Of a stretch of DNA of 64,000 bases, positions 1 through 18,150 are shown in pieces. Numbering within the stretch: the first letter of the stretch is position 1; every line of letters begins with the position of its first letter. The notes below the pieces were generated by a model. That model was not told where the DNA came from and did no database searches. It saw only the letters and a list, made by a program, of their open reading frames with translations. The translations under genes were made by a program, and so were the position numbers. The stretch comes from the human T2T-CHM13v2.0 reference genome, Homo sapiens. The DNA lies in assembly GCF_009914755.1 (NCBI RefSeq), contig NC_060934.1, one strand, 5' to 3'.

Positions 1-2029
1 TCAAGCTGTGCCTTGAGGACGCCCTCTCCCTCCCCCCAGGATTCGAAGACGGGCCTACGTGCCTGAGGGTGGCAGAGTGGACCTGGTTTCACGCATGCTC
101 AGAGCCCAAACTGCCCCTGCAGGCAACAGCCAAGATCCATGAGTCAATGCCATGGCAGGCAGGGGATTGAGTCTACCAAGCAGCTGCACGTGTCTCTGTG
201 TTACAGACAGAGTTTCAAGAAGGACCTGCAGCTCTGGAAGGCTTGCCAACTGTGATTGGACTGGATGCTCTCTGGTCCTGCTGGCTACGGGAGGCTGGAG
301 GCCCCTGTCTGCTCATTGCACCCCGACTTGATGGCCACAGAGCCAGGGAGCCTCATGGGCCACCTCTGACCCGCTGGCCTGGAGGGAGCTTCCTGACTTC
401 ACAGTATTGAGACAATTCCAAGATGCTGAAAGGCATCCTGTTAAAATTAGGAGAGACCTCAGGGATATCTAATTTGGACAGCACCCCCTGCCCAAAGTCA
501 CACGGCCAGGCTGAGCAGGGCCAGTCCTGACCCCTGACGCCCAGCCGGGCCCACACCATGAGTGTGTGGCTCAGCCCTGCAGCCCCACTTGCTCTGACCC
601 CTTCATGAGTCATTCTTCCCTGAGCTGGATAAGGACAAATGGGCAGGGAGGCCCGCAGCATCCCCTAGTCCTGCCCACCAGCAGCTGTCCCCCAGGGCTC
701 CTGGTCCCCAGCAGTGGGGATATGGCCAGGAGCTCCCGAAACCTGTGTCAGCACGGCCTGGGGTTCTGTTCTGGGCCTCCACACTGAGACAGCTTTGGGT
801 AGCGTGCTGTCTGCAGATGCCCCTCCGAAAACTGATCTGAAAAAGCAAATTCAATGAAAACAGTATCCAACGGAGGCTGTGGAGGGAGTTTAACAGGCGC
901 AATGCAATCACGCAGGTTGGAATGAATCCAAGACTTCGATGCTCCCAGGGAGGCCGCTTGAGTTCAGCAGCAGTTGTATAAAATGACACCCGAGATGGCC
1001 CAGCTTCCCAAAATCAGAGCAGAAAGGGGATTCCGAAAGTGGCATGTGACCGCGTCCCTGGCTCCTGGGCCTTCTCACTTCATGCTCCCCACCTGAGCTC
1101 TCTCCATGGGCTGTACCTTCTCTGCAGGTTCCCAGGGCAAGATGTACGCAGTCATCTGTTTCACCACCCGAGCCTGGCCCCTGCCAGCAGCCAGCACAGA
1201 GGCACTCATCTTCTGAGACCCCAGAGTAGCATGTGAGGGACCCAGAAAATGCCCCGATGGGAAGGGCCTTTGGGATCATTTTGATCCAAGGTCCTCAATG
1301 CACTTGACTTTGAGAAAGGGAGTCAGAAGCCACAGCGCAGGGGACCATAGAAACAGCTAAGGGTCTCGATTCTGGCTGAGCCTCTCCCTGACCATGTGGG
1401 ATGGGGGCAAGCTTCAGACCTCATCGGGGCAGGCTTTCCACAGTGTCTATCCCTGGCTGTCCTCACCTGCCAGAGGAAAGAGGGTCGTAATCCACAGGCC
1501 TCCTGTGTGGAGGACTCTCGGCTCCTGCATGGACCCTGCCCTGGGAGCACACTCAGCACCGGGGACAAGGGACTAACCACAACCCACTGAAATGCAAGCC
1601 AGACTGCACAGAACAGGAGGCCTAAGCCAGGTGCCTGGGGAGCCCAGAGGAAGAAATGACTGCCTCTGCCTGGGAGGGATCTGGGAGGATTCACAGAGTG
1701 GATGACATTGGAGCTGGGAGTACTGAACAGATCATTAAGAGTTGGCAGGCAATCTTCCCAGCTGGGCTGAGAACATTTCTCAGCTCCCCAAAGGCAGAGG
1801 AGCTTGTCTGCAGTCAGGACCTAGCTCCGTGGGAACCTGAGCCATGCCAGGCCACACTCTTGGCAGAGCCCTGATGGGCGGATGTCGAGGGCTTGGACTC
1901 AACAGTGCCTCATCCTCGACTTCATGCCCTGGATCCAGCTCTGCTTCATTAATCTTTCCCTTCTAGAAATGCTTCCTCATGCACTACTTTTCCAACCTCA
2001 CTGCAGCAACATGACCTCTCCACTTGATG

Positions 2030-3290
<1,261 letters not shown>

Positions 3291-3429
3291 TTTCAACAGC
3301 AGGTCCCCTGACCCCAGCCTCCAAGCTCTCTGCGTCCTTGCTGCAGCTAGATTAATCTTTCTCTAAATTAAATTTTAGCTCTGTTTCTCTTCTCGGGAGG
3401 GAAAGAACACGCATGAGCTTCAGAACTGG

Positions 3430-3575
3430 GAGAGCTGAGTTTGAAAACTGGCTAAATCCATGACAACTTATGTAACCCTGGCCACTTACATCACCTTTCT
3501 CAGCCTCAGTTACCTCATGTGTAAAAATAGGAGTAATGATATCTCACCTTACAGCACTGTGGGAAAGATGAAACA
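3430..3575 (+). mobile_element. MIR
   Basis: Core CTCAGCCTCAGTTACCTCATGTGTAAAAATAGG. Confidence 0.75.
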
Positions 3576-4187
3576 AATCCTCTTTTCTCCCATCCAGTAA
3601 AGTCCTCTCTGGGCACACACACTCTGTTGCAGCCATTTTCATAAATGCCTATTAAAGCATCCAGCTTAGAAACTAACAAACAGTAAGAGCATGGCAGGAG
3701 GCGGCATTCCTTTTCTTCCTTCTCTTTCCAAGAAACATCAGTGGCTCCTAAAGTCCATCCCATCACCCAAACATTTGGGCCCCCTTTGGTCTGGCCCCAC
3801 CTTACCCACCTAGTCTGGACTGTCCTCCTATGCATCTTCCACCCCAGCCCAGCCAGCCTGCTCTCACCCGAGTTACGAACTTCCTCATCAACCATCACTT
3901 CCACAGCCCCCTTTATCTTAAAAGCCTCACGCTTCTTCTGCTTATTCCAATCCTACCTAAGACCCAGCTCAAATCCTTCCATTTCCCTGACCTCTTCAGA
4001 CCTCATCTTCTTCCCATCCCATAAAAACCTGCCCGGGCACCCATACTTTGTTACAGCCATTTTCATGAACAACCACTCACCTGGGGAGAAGACACTTCAG
4101 GAACTGCTCTTTCAGAAGCTGCAATGGTCAGCAAACAGACCCTGGGCATGACAGTGCATGACAGTGGCTGTGGCAGAGCTGGCTTTA

Positions 4188-4478
4188 GGGTGTGTTTACG
4201 TGTGCGTACCTGGTGCACACACTCACACGTCTTTATATTTGTCTGTGTGTGTATGTGTATCTGTGGGTGCACGTGTACATGGGTGTGCATGCATGTGCTT
4301 GTGCGTATAGGGATCATACAGGTATGTAAGTGTGCACGTATGTGTCCGTGTGTGCATACTGGCATCTGTGCACGTGTGCACAAGCATTTGTGCATTCTTG
4401 CACATATATGTGTATGTGTGTGCATAGTCATATATGTGTGACTGTGTGTGCATGCACATGTGTGCATGTGTGCACACA
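4188..4478. repeat. Degenerate (TG/CA)n alternating purine-pyrimidine tract
   Basis: ~290 bp of GTGTGC/ATGTGT units. Confidence 0.9.
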
Positions 4479-5692
4479 TGACCAACACCCTGCAGGAGGC
4501 CAGTCTCCCAGCCTGTCCTCTCTTAGAATCACTCAGCGTTCCTGAGGCTGTGCCCCTCCCTGAGACTTCAGCCACAACATGGGAGGACGACGACCCTAAT
4601 CTTTGCAGAGATCCCATGACAGTCTCCCTGGGGCTCTCGGTTTTCTAAACCAGATGTGGCCCCCATCTGGAACAAAGAGAAAGCCATTAAATGACTAGAG
4701 AAAGCTTCCCCACCCAGATGTGGCAGTCAGGCCAGCAACCAAAGCTGAACTCAATGCAGAACTTCACGGTCAAAGAACCAGCCCACGGGCAGCAACGAGG
4801 TTAAACCCTCAGCAGGGATGGCCTCTGCTCCCCAGAAAAGGACAGCTCCGCCCAGCCACAGGGCCACCACAAAACCCAGAAAGGCAACTGATGCGCGAGG
4901 CCCACCCACGGCCCTCCCTGGCTCTCCGGGGCCTGTCTCCAGGCTGAGTCCACAGGCAGTTCCTGGTGACTGCTGTGCAGAAGGGAAAACGAACTCCCTT
5001 TCAAACAAAGCCCAACTGTGGGCTCTCATGGGAAGTGACAAAATTGAGCTTCAGGGTGGGTGATCTTTTGTTTTGGGGAAAAATGGGCTTTCTTGGGCTT
5101 TTGATAGGCTTTCTTGGGTCTTTTGGGTTTAAAAGACTTGCCTGCCCCTCCCTGCAAAGGCCTCACCCAGATAAAAGGGATTCAGTCAAAGCAGGATTGA
5201 AAGGCTCTGTGTAAAGAACTGCAATTCAAGCAGCAAGACTTGGATCTTTCCCTGGAGGACTGGGAGGCAGGGTGCTGGAATTAAGAAAAGGAATCAGGAC
5301 GGCACCCCCAAGAAGAGGGGCTCCTGAGGACATGGACGGCTGCATTTCCAGTTGTCACCATCAGCAGGGCGATGAATCCGCCTCTGAAGTCAGCAGGAAG
5401 AGGCCCTGGGCTGGTGTGCTTCAGGGGACAAAGAAGTGGGCCACATCCCAGGGCTCTGGCCACACAGGAACTGAGGCGGGAGGAGCCTCAGAAAAGGAGG
5501 CTGCTGCAGCGTGGATTGTGGAAGGGTGGGGAGCGGACCCCCTGTTATTCTAGAGGAAAGCACCTCAGAATGCCTGGGGAGGGGCTGTGCTCTCTCTCCA
5601 GCTGAGTGTAAATGGGGTCTCAGGTTGCTTTACAGGATGTTAAAGGAACAGACACCCTCCCTACAAAATGTATATTCGACTTGGGAACATAC

Positions 5693-6741
5693 TGATGACA
5701 AAGATTCTCTGCTTGGCTAAACTGTAATCAGGCTCCTGAACCTTCTCCGAGGCTCATCTGTACACCTCCTTATAAAATCCAGTTTCAGAAAGAACCCCCC
5801 ACCCCAGACATCTGATCACCCTTGAGATCTGATCAGGGTCCTTCCTCATCCTCCACCACCCCCTAGGTGATGTGTGATCACCCTGGCCTGCTTTTGGCAA
5901 GAGCCCTGCAAGAGCTAAGTGTCCATCAACAGATGAACAGATGGAGAAACTGTGGTACCTATACACAATGGAGTACTACTCAGCCATGAAAAAGAATGAG
6001 ATCCTGTAGTTTGCCACAAGGTGCGTGGAACTGGAGGTCAACATGTTAGGTGAATTAAGCCAAGCACAGAAAGACAAACATTATATGTGCTCGCTTATTT
6101 GTGGGATCTAAAAATCAAAACAGTTGAATTCAAGGAGATAGAGAGTAGAAGGATGGTTACCACAGGCTGGAAAGTGTAGTAAGGGGGTGCATGGCGAGAT
6201 AAGGATGGTTAATAGCTACAAAAAAAATAGTAGAATGAATAAGGTCTAGTATTTAATAGCACAACAGGGCAATTATCGTCAATAATAATTGTACATTTAA
6301 AAATAAAGCATCACTGGATTGTTTATAACACAAAGGATAAATGCTTGAAGGGATACATACCCCATTGTTCTTGATGTCATTATTATGCATTGCATGCCTG
6401 TATCAAAACTTCTCATGTACCCCATAAATCTTGTAGGTACACCTACTAAGTACCCACAAAAATCAAATTAAAAAAAGAATCCTGCTAGGTGGGTTTGGCC
6501 AGAATCCCCCTTCCCTCTGATGTTCCTCTTAGTAATTCTCCATCCACCGACGCCCACTCCCCTTACGCTGCTCTGTGACTATAAACGCCACTGGCCCAGG
6601 CTGCATTCAGAGGTGAGCCCGATCTCTCTGCCCCATGGCACAACCCCACTGCTGCAGTCTCCATGTCTGTCACCACATCCTGAATGACGGCTTCCTTCCT
6701 GTGCTTTACTGAATGTCACTGAATCATTTTTTTCTTTAACA
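5693..6741 (+). mobile_element. ERV1-class solo LTR (LTR54/MER87-like), split by an L1MA
   Basis: TG...CA ends; ACAAAGATTCTCTGCTTGGCTAAAC start; sequence resumes after the L1; family uncertain. Confidence 0.65.
5913..6477 (+). mobile_element. L1MA2/3-like 3' end
   Basis: ORF2 end plus 3' UTR (GAGAGTAGAAGGATGGTTACC...GTACCCACAAAAAT); degenerate TSD AAGAGCCCTGCAAG / AAGAATCCTGCTAG. Confidence 0.85.
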
Positions 6742-6850
6742 CTAGGGCAGACAATTGGGGTGCAGGTGTTTACTGATTAAAGGAAGTGGCTGCTGGGGAA
6801 GGGGCTCTTTCCAACCGGCTGACGCGTGGCTCAGCACTGATCTTCAATAA

Positions 6851-8058
<1,208 letters not shown>

Positions 8059-8909
8059 CACGAGTCAGCGCCTGATAACACTAACTACTGCGCAGCCCCA
8101 GGTCAAATGCTAATGCCGGCCCCTGCTCCATCACAGGCTCCTGACAGCACCAGCACTCCCCCAGGTGCCAGCCCTGCCACTCCAGAGACCCCCGCACCCA
8201 GTCCCTCATGGCCCTGAGGCTCAGTTTCCCCACTGGTACCAGGGAGTCTTGTCCTCGCCCCACCCTCCAGGGAACAGATCTGACTGTGACAGACGCTGGT
8301 ACACGTGCCGTGAAAACACACGACAGCTGCCTTGATTCCTAACATATAAATACAACGGGCTTTGTGCTTCTCGCCAGAGCAAGTGACATAGGCAGGCTCA
8401 CCTCCCACAGCACGCCCTACCAGGCATCTCAGCCGGGGCACCTGAGCCACCGCAAAGAGGCAGGTGCCACCCGAGCCAGGCCTCCCAGGAGGCTCTGACT
8501 GCAGAATTCTTAAAGCATTCCTCCCTACCGAGTGCCGTGGAAATCCAGGCTCAGAACAGCCAGCTGAGGTTGCTTCCGCTGGAGTCCCAGGAGACTCTTT
8601 AACCTCAGCTTGCTGGTTTACTCCAATTATTTTTAAATGAGCCAAAGGCCGAGATCCTCTCCAGTGTTCTCAGGAAGGCTGCCATTGTCCATAGGAACAG
8701 AGCTTACTGAGTTATCACATCCAGACCCTGCATCCACACCAAGGCACACTCAGAGGACCCCAGAAAACATCACTGGACCAGGGCAGGCCAGTGACAAGGG
8801 CAGGCCAGTGAGGTGTTCTGGGTACAAACATGAGGGGCTACGCAAGACTCAAGCTAGTCTGGGGGTCTCCTAAGATCGTGCACCTGGACTCCTGACCTGA
8901 CTCACCTAG

Positions 8910-9132
<223 letters not shown>

Positions 9133-9559
9133 TAATCCTTTCTTGTGTTGGATAATTTGTAGGTTCTGGGAGTCTTCCCTAACATTCATCCTAAATTCTT
9201 CTGCTTCAAACTGAACAAAGTTTGCAGTTCACATTGAAAGAGAGACAGAGAAAAGAGACAGAGAATGACAGAGATACAGAGAGACACTCCTGAACCCCCT
9301 GTGAGACACCCTGTGTATCATGCTTAGGTAGCTCTCTCCTCAATCTTACCTTCACTCCTTATTCTTCACAGCCTCGCCTCTCCAGATCCACTAGCAGGGT
9401 TCGCTCCAGGAGACTTCATGCCAGCATCTCCCTCCATCCTGAAGGGTTTCATTGTCCTTAGTACTATTTCATTCTGTGCGTCCCTCCACTCATTCTGTGC
9501 CTAGTGGCTGCAAAGCTCTGAATGGGGCACTGAGGACAGCAGGGTCATGGCAGACAGTG

Positions 9560-10095
9560 TCCGCCCCATGACCTTCATGAGCCCTTCCTCCAAAAAGAAT
9601 GAAAATATTTCATGACTGTGTTGGTATAAAGACAAAGGTATACATATTATTATTTTTGAGATGGAGTCTCACTCTCTTGCCCAGGCTGGAGTGCACTGCC
9701 TCCCAGGTTCAAGCAAGTCTCCTGCCTCAGCCTCCCAAGTAGCTGGGATGACAGACACCTGCAGCCACACCAGGCTAATTTTTGTATTTTTGGTAGAGAC
9801 AGGGTTTCGCCATGTTGGCCAGGCTGGTCTCAAACTCCTGACTTCAGGTGATCCACCCACCCTGGCCTCCCAAAGTACTGGGATTACAGGCATGATCCAC
9901 TGCACCCAGCCTAAGACAAATGTATAAATATTAGCTATGACATTTTCTTCAACCTAAGAGTTCATTCTTTTCTTCTGATTTAAAAAAAAATGAAGATTAA
10001 AATATTTCTGTGAGCCCTTCCAAGTATCAGGGCTCCTAGGTACTGTGCCGTGGCAAAGGCAGCTGGCCTTGAGGAGGCCATGATCTCGGCCCTGA
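9560..10095. mobile_element. ORSL-like hAT-Tip100 MITE, interrupted by an Alu
   Basis: GACTGTGTTGGTATAAAGAC...CATTTTCTTCAACCTAAGAGTTCATT...CCTAGGTACTGTGCC; family recalled from memory. Confidence 0.6.
9650..9911 (-). mobile_element. AluS with ~28 bp internal deletion
   Basis: TSD AAGACAAAGGTATACATATTA (9629-9649) / AAGACAAATGTATAAATATTA (9913-9933). Confidence 0.95.
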
Positions 10096-10252
10096 CTGCA
10101 CATTATGAGGTCCTGGGGGCTTTTAAAACCCCTATAACCCAAGTGGCACTCAAATCATGACATCAGAACCTCAGGGGATGGGACCCAAATGTCAGTAATT
10201 TTTAAAGCTCTTCAGTTGAGTCAAGTGTGTGGTCAAGGTCAAGAATCAACGG
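10085..10252. mobile_element. MER5-like hAT-Charlie MITE
   Basis: CCCTGACTGCACATTA...TTTTAAAGCTC...GTGTGTGGTCAAGG. Confidence 0.6.
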
Positions 10253-10519
10253 TCAGATGATGCCACCCTGGAAAGAGACAAAGGGATTGGGGGGCGTGGC
10301 CTGTGTGGGATGGGGGCAGTCAATGAAGAGCCAGCAGGCCTGGTGCAAAAGCCCTCCCAGGGCGGACTGGGGTGTGTTTCTCCCTCTGGGCCAGGATCCT
10401 TAGCCATCACTGGGGTTTGCAGGCATTTTATCACCCACTCCAACTTCCAAATTAAGTGTAAGCCGCTAGACTAGAGACATCCCCACAGCAGCACGGACCC
10501 TTAGAGGACATATGTTGTC

Positions 10520-11290
10520 TCTTTAAAAATTACACCACATTACACATAGAATTTACCATCAGAACCATTTTTAAGCATATAGTTCAGTGGTGGTATAGTT
10601 TGGCTAAGTCCCCACTCAAATCTCACCTTGAATTGTGATAATCCCCATGTGTCAAGGGCAGGGCCAGGTGGAGATAATCAAATCATGGGGGAGGTTTCCC
10701 CTGTACTGTTCTCATGGTAGTAAGTCTCAGGAGATCTGATGGTTTTACAAATGGAAGTTCCCCTGCACATGTCCTCTTGCCTGCCACCGTGTAAAACATC
10801 CCTTTGCTCTTCCTTCGCCTTCCACCATGACTGTGAGGCCTCCCCGGCCATGTGGAACTGTGAGTCCATTAAACCTCTTTCCTTTATAAATTACCCAGTC
10901 TTGGATATGTCTTTATTAGCAGCATAAGAACAGACTAATACAAGGGGCATGAAGCATATTCACCTTGTTATGCAACCATCATTGCCATCCACCTCCAGAA
11001 CTGTTTCATCTTCTCAAATCGAAACTCTTGCACGCATTAAACAACTCCTCATCCCCTCTCCTTCCAGCCCTCAGCACGCACTATTCTACTTTCTGTCTCT
11101 ATGATGTTTGACTACTCCAGGGGAGGACTCCTGTAAGTAGAATTATACAGTATTTATCCTTTTATGTCTGGCTTATTTCACTTAGTGTAATGTCTTCAAG
11201 GTGCATGTATGTTGTAGCATGGGTAGAATTTCCTTCCTTTTTAAGGCTGAATAATATCCCATTGCATGGATAGACCATGTTTTGTTTCAC
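10520..11290 (-). mobile_element. L1MB 3' end, interrupted by THE1
   Basis: AATTTACCATCAGAACCATTTTTAAG...CTATTCTACTTTCTGTCTCTATG...GGCTGAATAATATCCCATTG. Confidence 0.85.
10591..10942 (+). mobile_element. THE1 (THE1C-like) MaLR solo LTR
   Basis: TGGTATAGTTTGGC...GACTAATACA; 5-bp TSD AGTGG / AGGGG. Confidence 0.92.
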
Positions 11291-11888
11291 CACGAGTCTT
11301 GGTCTTTTTATCCACTGCCATATTGCAGCACCTAGAATGGTGCCAGCACACAGCAGGTGTCCAAGCACGGGCTAAAGGAATGATAGAAATGGAATAATCC
11401 ATGTGAAAAGCATCTTTTGGGCACACAGTGAGCCTTCCAGTCATATTAGCCTTTGCTGTGATCAGCCACCTTCATTCCACTCATCATGTAAATGGGTTCA
11501 CACACAGAGGGTGGGTCTCAGCATTGCCAGGAAGCCACTGCACTTCCTCTGGGCCACGCTGCTGTGCACACAGAGTGGGGCAGGAGAAGTGACAGGGTGG
11601 AATTGAATGTCACTGGTGCTTTTGAGCTTGGACCTGGAAGTTCTACCAGCTTCTCCCAGAGGAGCTGCTTCTTGGAGCCAGGCTGGTCCCTCTCACTTTA
11701 GTGACCTCTTTCTGAAGACCCACTGCCCTCAGCCACCCTTGGCCTCACTCGAGGACCCTCTACTTTCCTCACAGATGAACCAACCCTTCCAAGAAGGGCA
11801 GGTGCAACAGGAACCACGCCATGGGTGCATCATGAACTACATGAGAAGGATGCAGTGTAGGGGTCAAAGGATGGCCCTTGGCCCTCCC

Positions 11889-12420
11889 TTTATTTATTTT
11901 TATTATTTTAGAGACAGGGTCTTGTTCTGTCACCTGGGCTGGAGGACAGTGGCATGATCATAGCTTACTGAAGCCTCAAACCCCTGGGTTCAAATGATCA
12001 TCCCAGCTTAGCCTCTGGAGTAGCTGGGACTACAGGCACTCAGCACCACACCCAACTAATTTCTACATGTTTTGTAGAGATGGGATCTTGCTATGTTGCC
12101 TAGGCTGGTCTCAAACTCCTATCCTCAAGCAATCTGCCCACCTAAACCTCTCAGAGTGCTGGGATTACAGGTGTGAGCCACCGTGGCTGAGCTATGTTTT
12201 AAATATTTTGTAGAGATTGGGTTTTGCTATCTTACCTAGGCTAGTCTTGAACTCCTGTCCTCAAGCAATCTGCCTACCTCAGCCTCCCAGAGTGCTGAGA
12301 TTACAGATGTGAGCCACCACACCTGGCCTTGTTTTTAAATTGTTTATAGAGATGAGTTCTTGCTATGTTGCCCAGGCTGGTCTAGAATTCCTGTCCTCAA
12401 CCAACCCTCCTGTCTCCGCC
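11889..12420 (-). mobile_element. AluJ followed by two extra left-monomer copies
   Basis: Dimer ~11889-12192, left arm ~12205-12328, partial left arm ~12344-12420. Confidence 0.9.
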
Positions 12421-14089
12421 TTTGTTCCTCCCTTTCTACACCTGCAGAAAGCCTGGATTTTATATAGGTCATTTTTCATGACAGGGAGCAAGAAGCCATT
12501 TCCAATTCCTTTTTGAACAAATCCCAGGATATTAAGCTTCTCTGTCCCAAAGATGGTCAGCAGGCAGCCTGTCTTCCTTGTCACACTGTCATGATGTAGA
12601 GCCAGGCGCCAAGACAGTGCCAGCATCGAAGGCCGTGGCTCCAGCACACAGTGACACTGCGGGCTGGTGAGGTCTCTCGTGGGAGGCTGCTGCCAGGGAG
12701 CACAGGAAAGAGGATGTTATGTCTTTCCACAGAAAACTCCAGAACCTTTAACCCCCTGCCAGAGCCTCATGGCCCAGAGATTGACAGGGGCCGCTCTGTC
12801 TTCTGTTGTCAGAGTTGGACAGCTCAGCACGGCAACCTTTTGACACGAAGTAATAATTGTCAGAAGAGGGTGAGGGCTTTACCCGCTGAGAAAACGTGAG
12901 AGTGCCCCGAAGAGGAAAGTAGGCTCTGCCCATTAGCGGGTCAGGGAACCCTCCCCAGCTGACATTTGCGTCGTTGCCGCCTCATCAAGAAACTTGACGT
13001 TGGTGACAACCCCTGTGCAGTCACCTTGATGGGTGGGGAGGTGATGTGCCTAGCTCTCCTGCAGAGAGGCACTTGGCAGATGATTTTAAATGCCACCATC
13101 ATCATAACAGCAATAATAATAATAATAAAAGGCACTTCACGGTTATTTTTGTCTTAATACAAAAGAAACAAAGACTCATAGAAATGGAGACAAATGCAAA
13201 TCACACAGATGGGATAAACGGTAGATAATTTCAGAGAGCCGCTACCGCTGTGATGTAGAATTTTCCAGTCTTTGTCAATGCATACATATGCATGTGTGTA
13301 TACCTGTGTACATGCATGCAGTGATGTTTTCATGAGAAAACACTTTGTTTATAACAGAAGGCAATCACCAATATAAGAAAAGATGCTACAAGATCACAAG
13401 CATTTTAATATTTAAATTTTTAAAAGGTTATTTATAAACGTCTTTCATACCTTTCTCTAGCAGCATTTTCTAAACTGTGTTCCACAAGACAAACTAATTA
13501 AAACAAAAGCTGAGAAATGCTGCAGACCATAGAGAGATTCTCAGTGCATGTAAACACAGTGCATGCAAAGTCCAGCAGAAAATAAACCCCTTAGACATTG
13601 GTTCCCCAGCACTGGAGACCAGGGACCCTTGTTTTCACCACAGATAGATGCGTGCTAAAATGCATAAAATACAGGAAATTGTATTTTCTCATGCCCTTTT
13701 CTTAAGCCAGGATACAAATCCTTCCTAGTTCTCCCGAGCGTGAGGAGAGGCCAACCCATTGTCCCTGGGGAATTTTGAAAGCAAGGAGAGGGAAGGTGGC
13801 CAATTAGTATTTATGGGTTGCAATTTTAGGTAACTACACACATTCCTCCTAACTCTTCCTGGATAAGGGATGAGGCAGATGACAAGAAAGGAGTGAAAAT
13901 CATCAGTTCTTAATACATAAAGTGACTATCCCTCGAGACCTGTCTCTCACCAAGTAAAGAGGAAAAATAGAAGGAGGTAAAAGGCAGGGAGAGAGGAGAA
14001 CACATTCAGGAATCTATTTTTTTTTTTAACAAAGAGCTTTACTCTTTTTTATAAAATGATATCATCATGACAACCAAGGTAATGTGATG

Positions 14090-15325
<1,236 letters not shown>

Positions 15326-15403
15326 TCTTCTAAAACATAATTTTTAATTATTTCATAGTATTCTATCTGGTGGATGAATACTGCAATTTTTTTTTTAACC
15401 CAG

Positions 15404-16119
15404 TGTGCCAGTTATCAATGTATTGCCTGTTGGCTCCAAATTCATCCTTCAGTATCTGCTCTGCAAGAATTGGATGGATGAAGCATTTCTCCTTTAGAGT
15501 GAGTGCAATGTTAAATTTTGTCAGTAGAGGGTGAGAGAACATTGCAAGGAGAGGGAGACTCCTAATCCTCATTTCAGTGTGCTGGGTTTTGCTTTTTTTC
15601 CCCTCCTCCAGTTGCATTGCTGGTCAGTGGTGTATATGTGTTTTGAGCAGCTGGGGAACATCCAGTGGCACCCTGCCCTAGCACAAGGAGCCTCAGAGCC
15701 CTGGCCCCACCTGGTGACCCCTAGGCTCCAGACCCCTCAATGCAGACACTGTTGAGCTCCAGGACTCACGCTGACAGCAGTGCCCTGACCCCTCTGGAAG
15801 CCTCCCCATTGCTCCTGCTCACCTTTGTCCTGGAGTGCTCTTCCTGCTGCCCAGTAACATGAACCAGCTCTAACCAGGTTAACGCAGTGGACTTCTGTGC
15901 CATCCAGTGATCTTCAACCACAACTTCTTCCATGCCTGCCCCCTCTCCAAGCCTGCCATCCATTGGGTACTCTCTCTTCAGCCCTAGGAGACCTGTTAGA
16001 GTTCTCCTTCCATCTTTGTGTTCACTCTTCTATCACTGCATAATAGTTATTTATGTTTGTCTTCCCTTGTTCTAACTATAATATGATATCAGTCTCCTGA
16101 TTGGACCCAGACTGAAACA
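15404..16119 (+). mobile_element. LTR33-like ERVL solo LTR
   Basis: TGTGCCAGTTATCAATG...TCTCCTGATTGGACCCAGACTGAAACA. Confidence 0.6.
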
Positions 16120-16312
16120 TCTAGAGAGAGTTGTAAGCATTATTGCAAGTGTTTTAACTTGCAGTTGTGCATAAGGAAAGGCTAGAGTGAAGTATGTACT
16201 CACTGAAACAGCAAATATTTAGCAAGCAGCTCAAATAGGGTGATTAGGTCACAGAGATAGGCAATCCAATAACAGTAATGGTAATATTTACTAAACACCT
16301 GTTATGAGTACT

Positions 16313-16462
16313 TTTTTTTTTTTTTTTTTTTTAAGACCAAGTCTCGCTCTGTTGCCCAGGCTGGAGTGCAGTGGTGTGATCTCAGCTCACTGCAACCTCT
16401 GCCTCCTGGCTTCAAGTGATCCTCCTGCCTCAGCCTCCTGAGTAGCTGGGATTACAGATGCC
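16313..16462 (-). mobile_element. 5'-truncated Alu (right arm) inside a MIR
   Basis: TSD TATGAGTACT at 16303-16312 and 16467-16476. Confidence 0.92.
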
Positions 16463-17149
16463 TTGCTATGAGTACTCACTCATTTAATCGTCATGACAGT
16501 CTCAAGAGCAGGAGCTATCATAGCCTTCACTTGGTAGAGGAGTACCTGAGGCAAAGAGTGAGTCCCCAGGGTCCCACAGGAGGTGAGAGACGGTGTCTTG
16601 CAGAATTTACCCCTGGGCTGTGCATCTCTTCCTGCTGCCTCCCTGAGATGGGACAAGCATTTCATGTATTCTCCCAAACCATTTCCAAACATGATTGCCA
16701 AGATGTTTCTCCACCAGTGATTATTGGAATTCTCTTATAACAGATACAGAGAAAAAGGAGGATTCAGAGGGGAGAAAATGATGGCCTCAGAGAATTCAGA
16801 AACAGGACCTAACGGATGATCTTATGGTGCAGAGCTGCCTGTGTCCCTGAACTCCCTCTGGACTGGCAGCCTATCCAGTGCCAACTCCAGCAGGGAAAAT
16901 CAATTGAATATGGGTTGAGGCGGGCAGGGAACTCACCACTCAGTTATAGGCTGCCAGACCATGGGGACCCTGACGGGAAAGATGGCACAACACTCGGAAA
17001 TCCTGGGCACTAGGCTGGATGAGTAACCGGGTGGGCCTTGAGGCTGTGCCCTGTGGAGAGTGGGGAGTGGGGAGTGTGATCTCTGTGTGGGAAGAAACAT
17101 TTGCCTGGATAATTGGGTGGCCAAGGGGACCAACTGAGCCAGAGGCTGC

Positions 17150-17935
<786 letters not shown>

Positions 17936-17989
17936 CAGAGATCCCCAGGACTGTAGATGGCATTTGCCATGGAGAAGGAGCTAGAAGTC

Positions 17990-18150
17990 CAGAGGTTTAA
18001 ATCCTCACCTTTCTCCATTGCTAACGTCCTTTGTAATTTTGGACAAGTCACTGACCCTCTCAACCTCAGTTTTCTGCCCTGAAAATGAGGACAATAAGTT
18101 GTCTTGGCTCACAGAGCAGCTGTGAGCCTTACATAAAACAATCACTGTGA
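17990..18150 (+). mobile_element. MIR
   Basis: GGACAAGTCACTGACCCTCTCAACCTCAGTTTTCT. Confidence 0.7.

Noticed and set aside
140-612. Two AP-1 sites (TGAGTCA at 140 and 606)
   Set aside because: About eight such 7-mers are expected by chance in 64 kb, so this is insufficient alone.
4063-4617. His/Thr/Cys-rich ORFs that look metal-binding
   Set aside because: Artefacts of the degenerate (TG)n tract.
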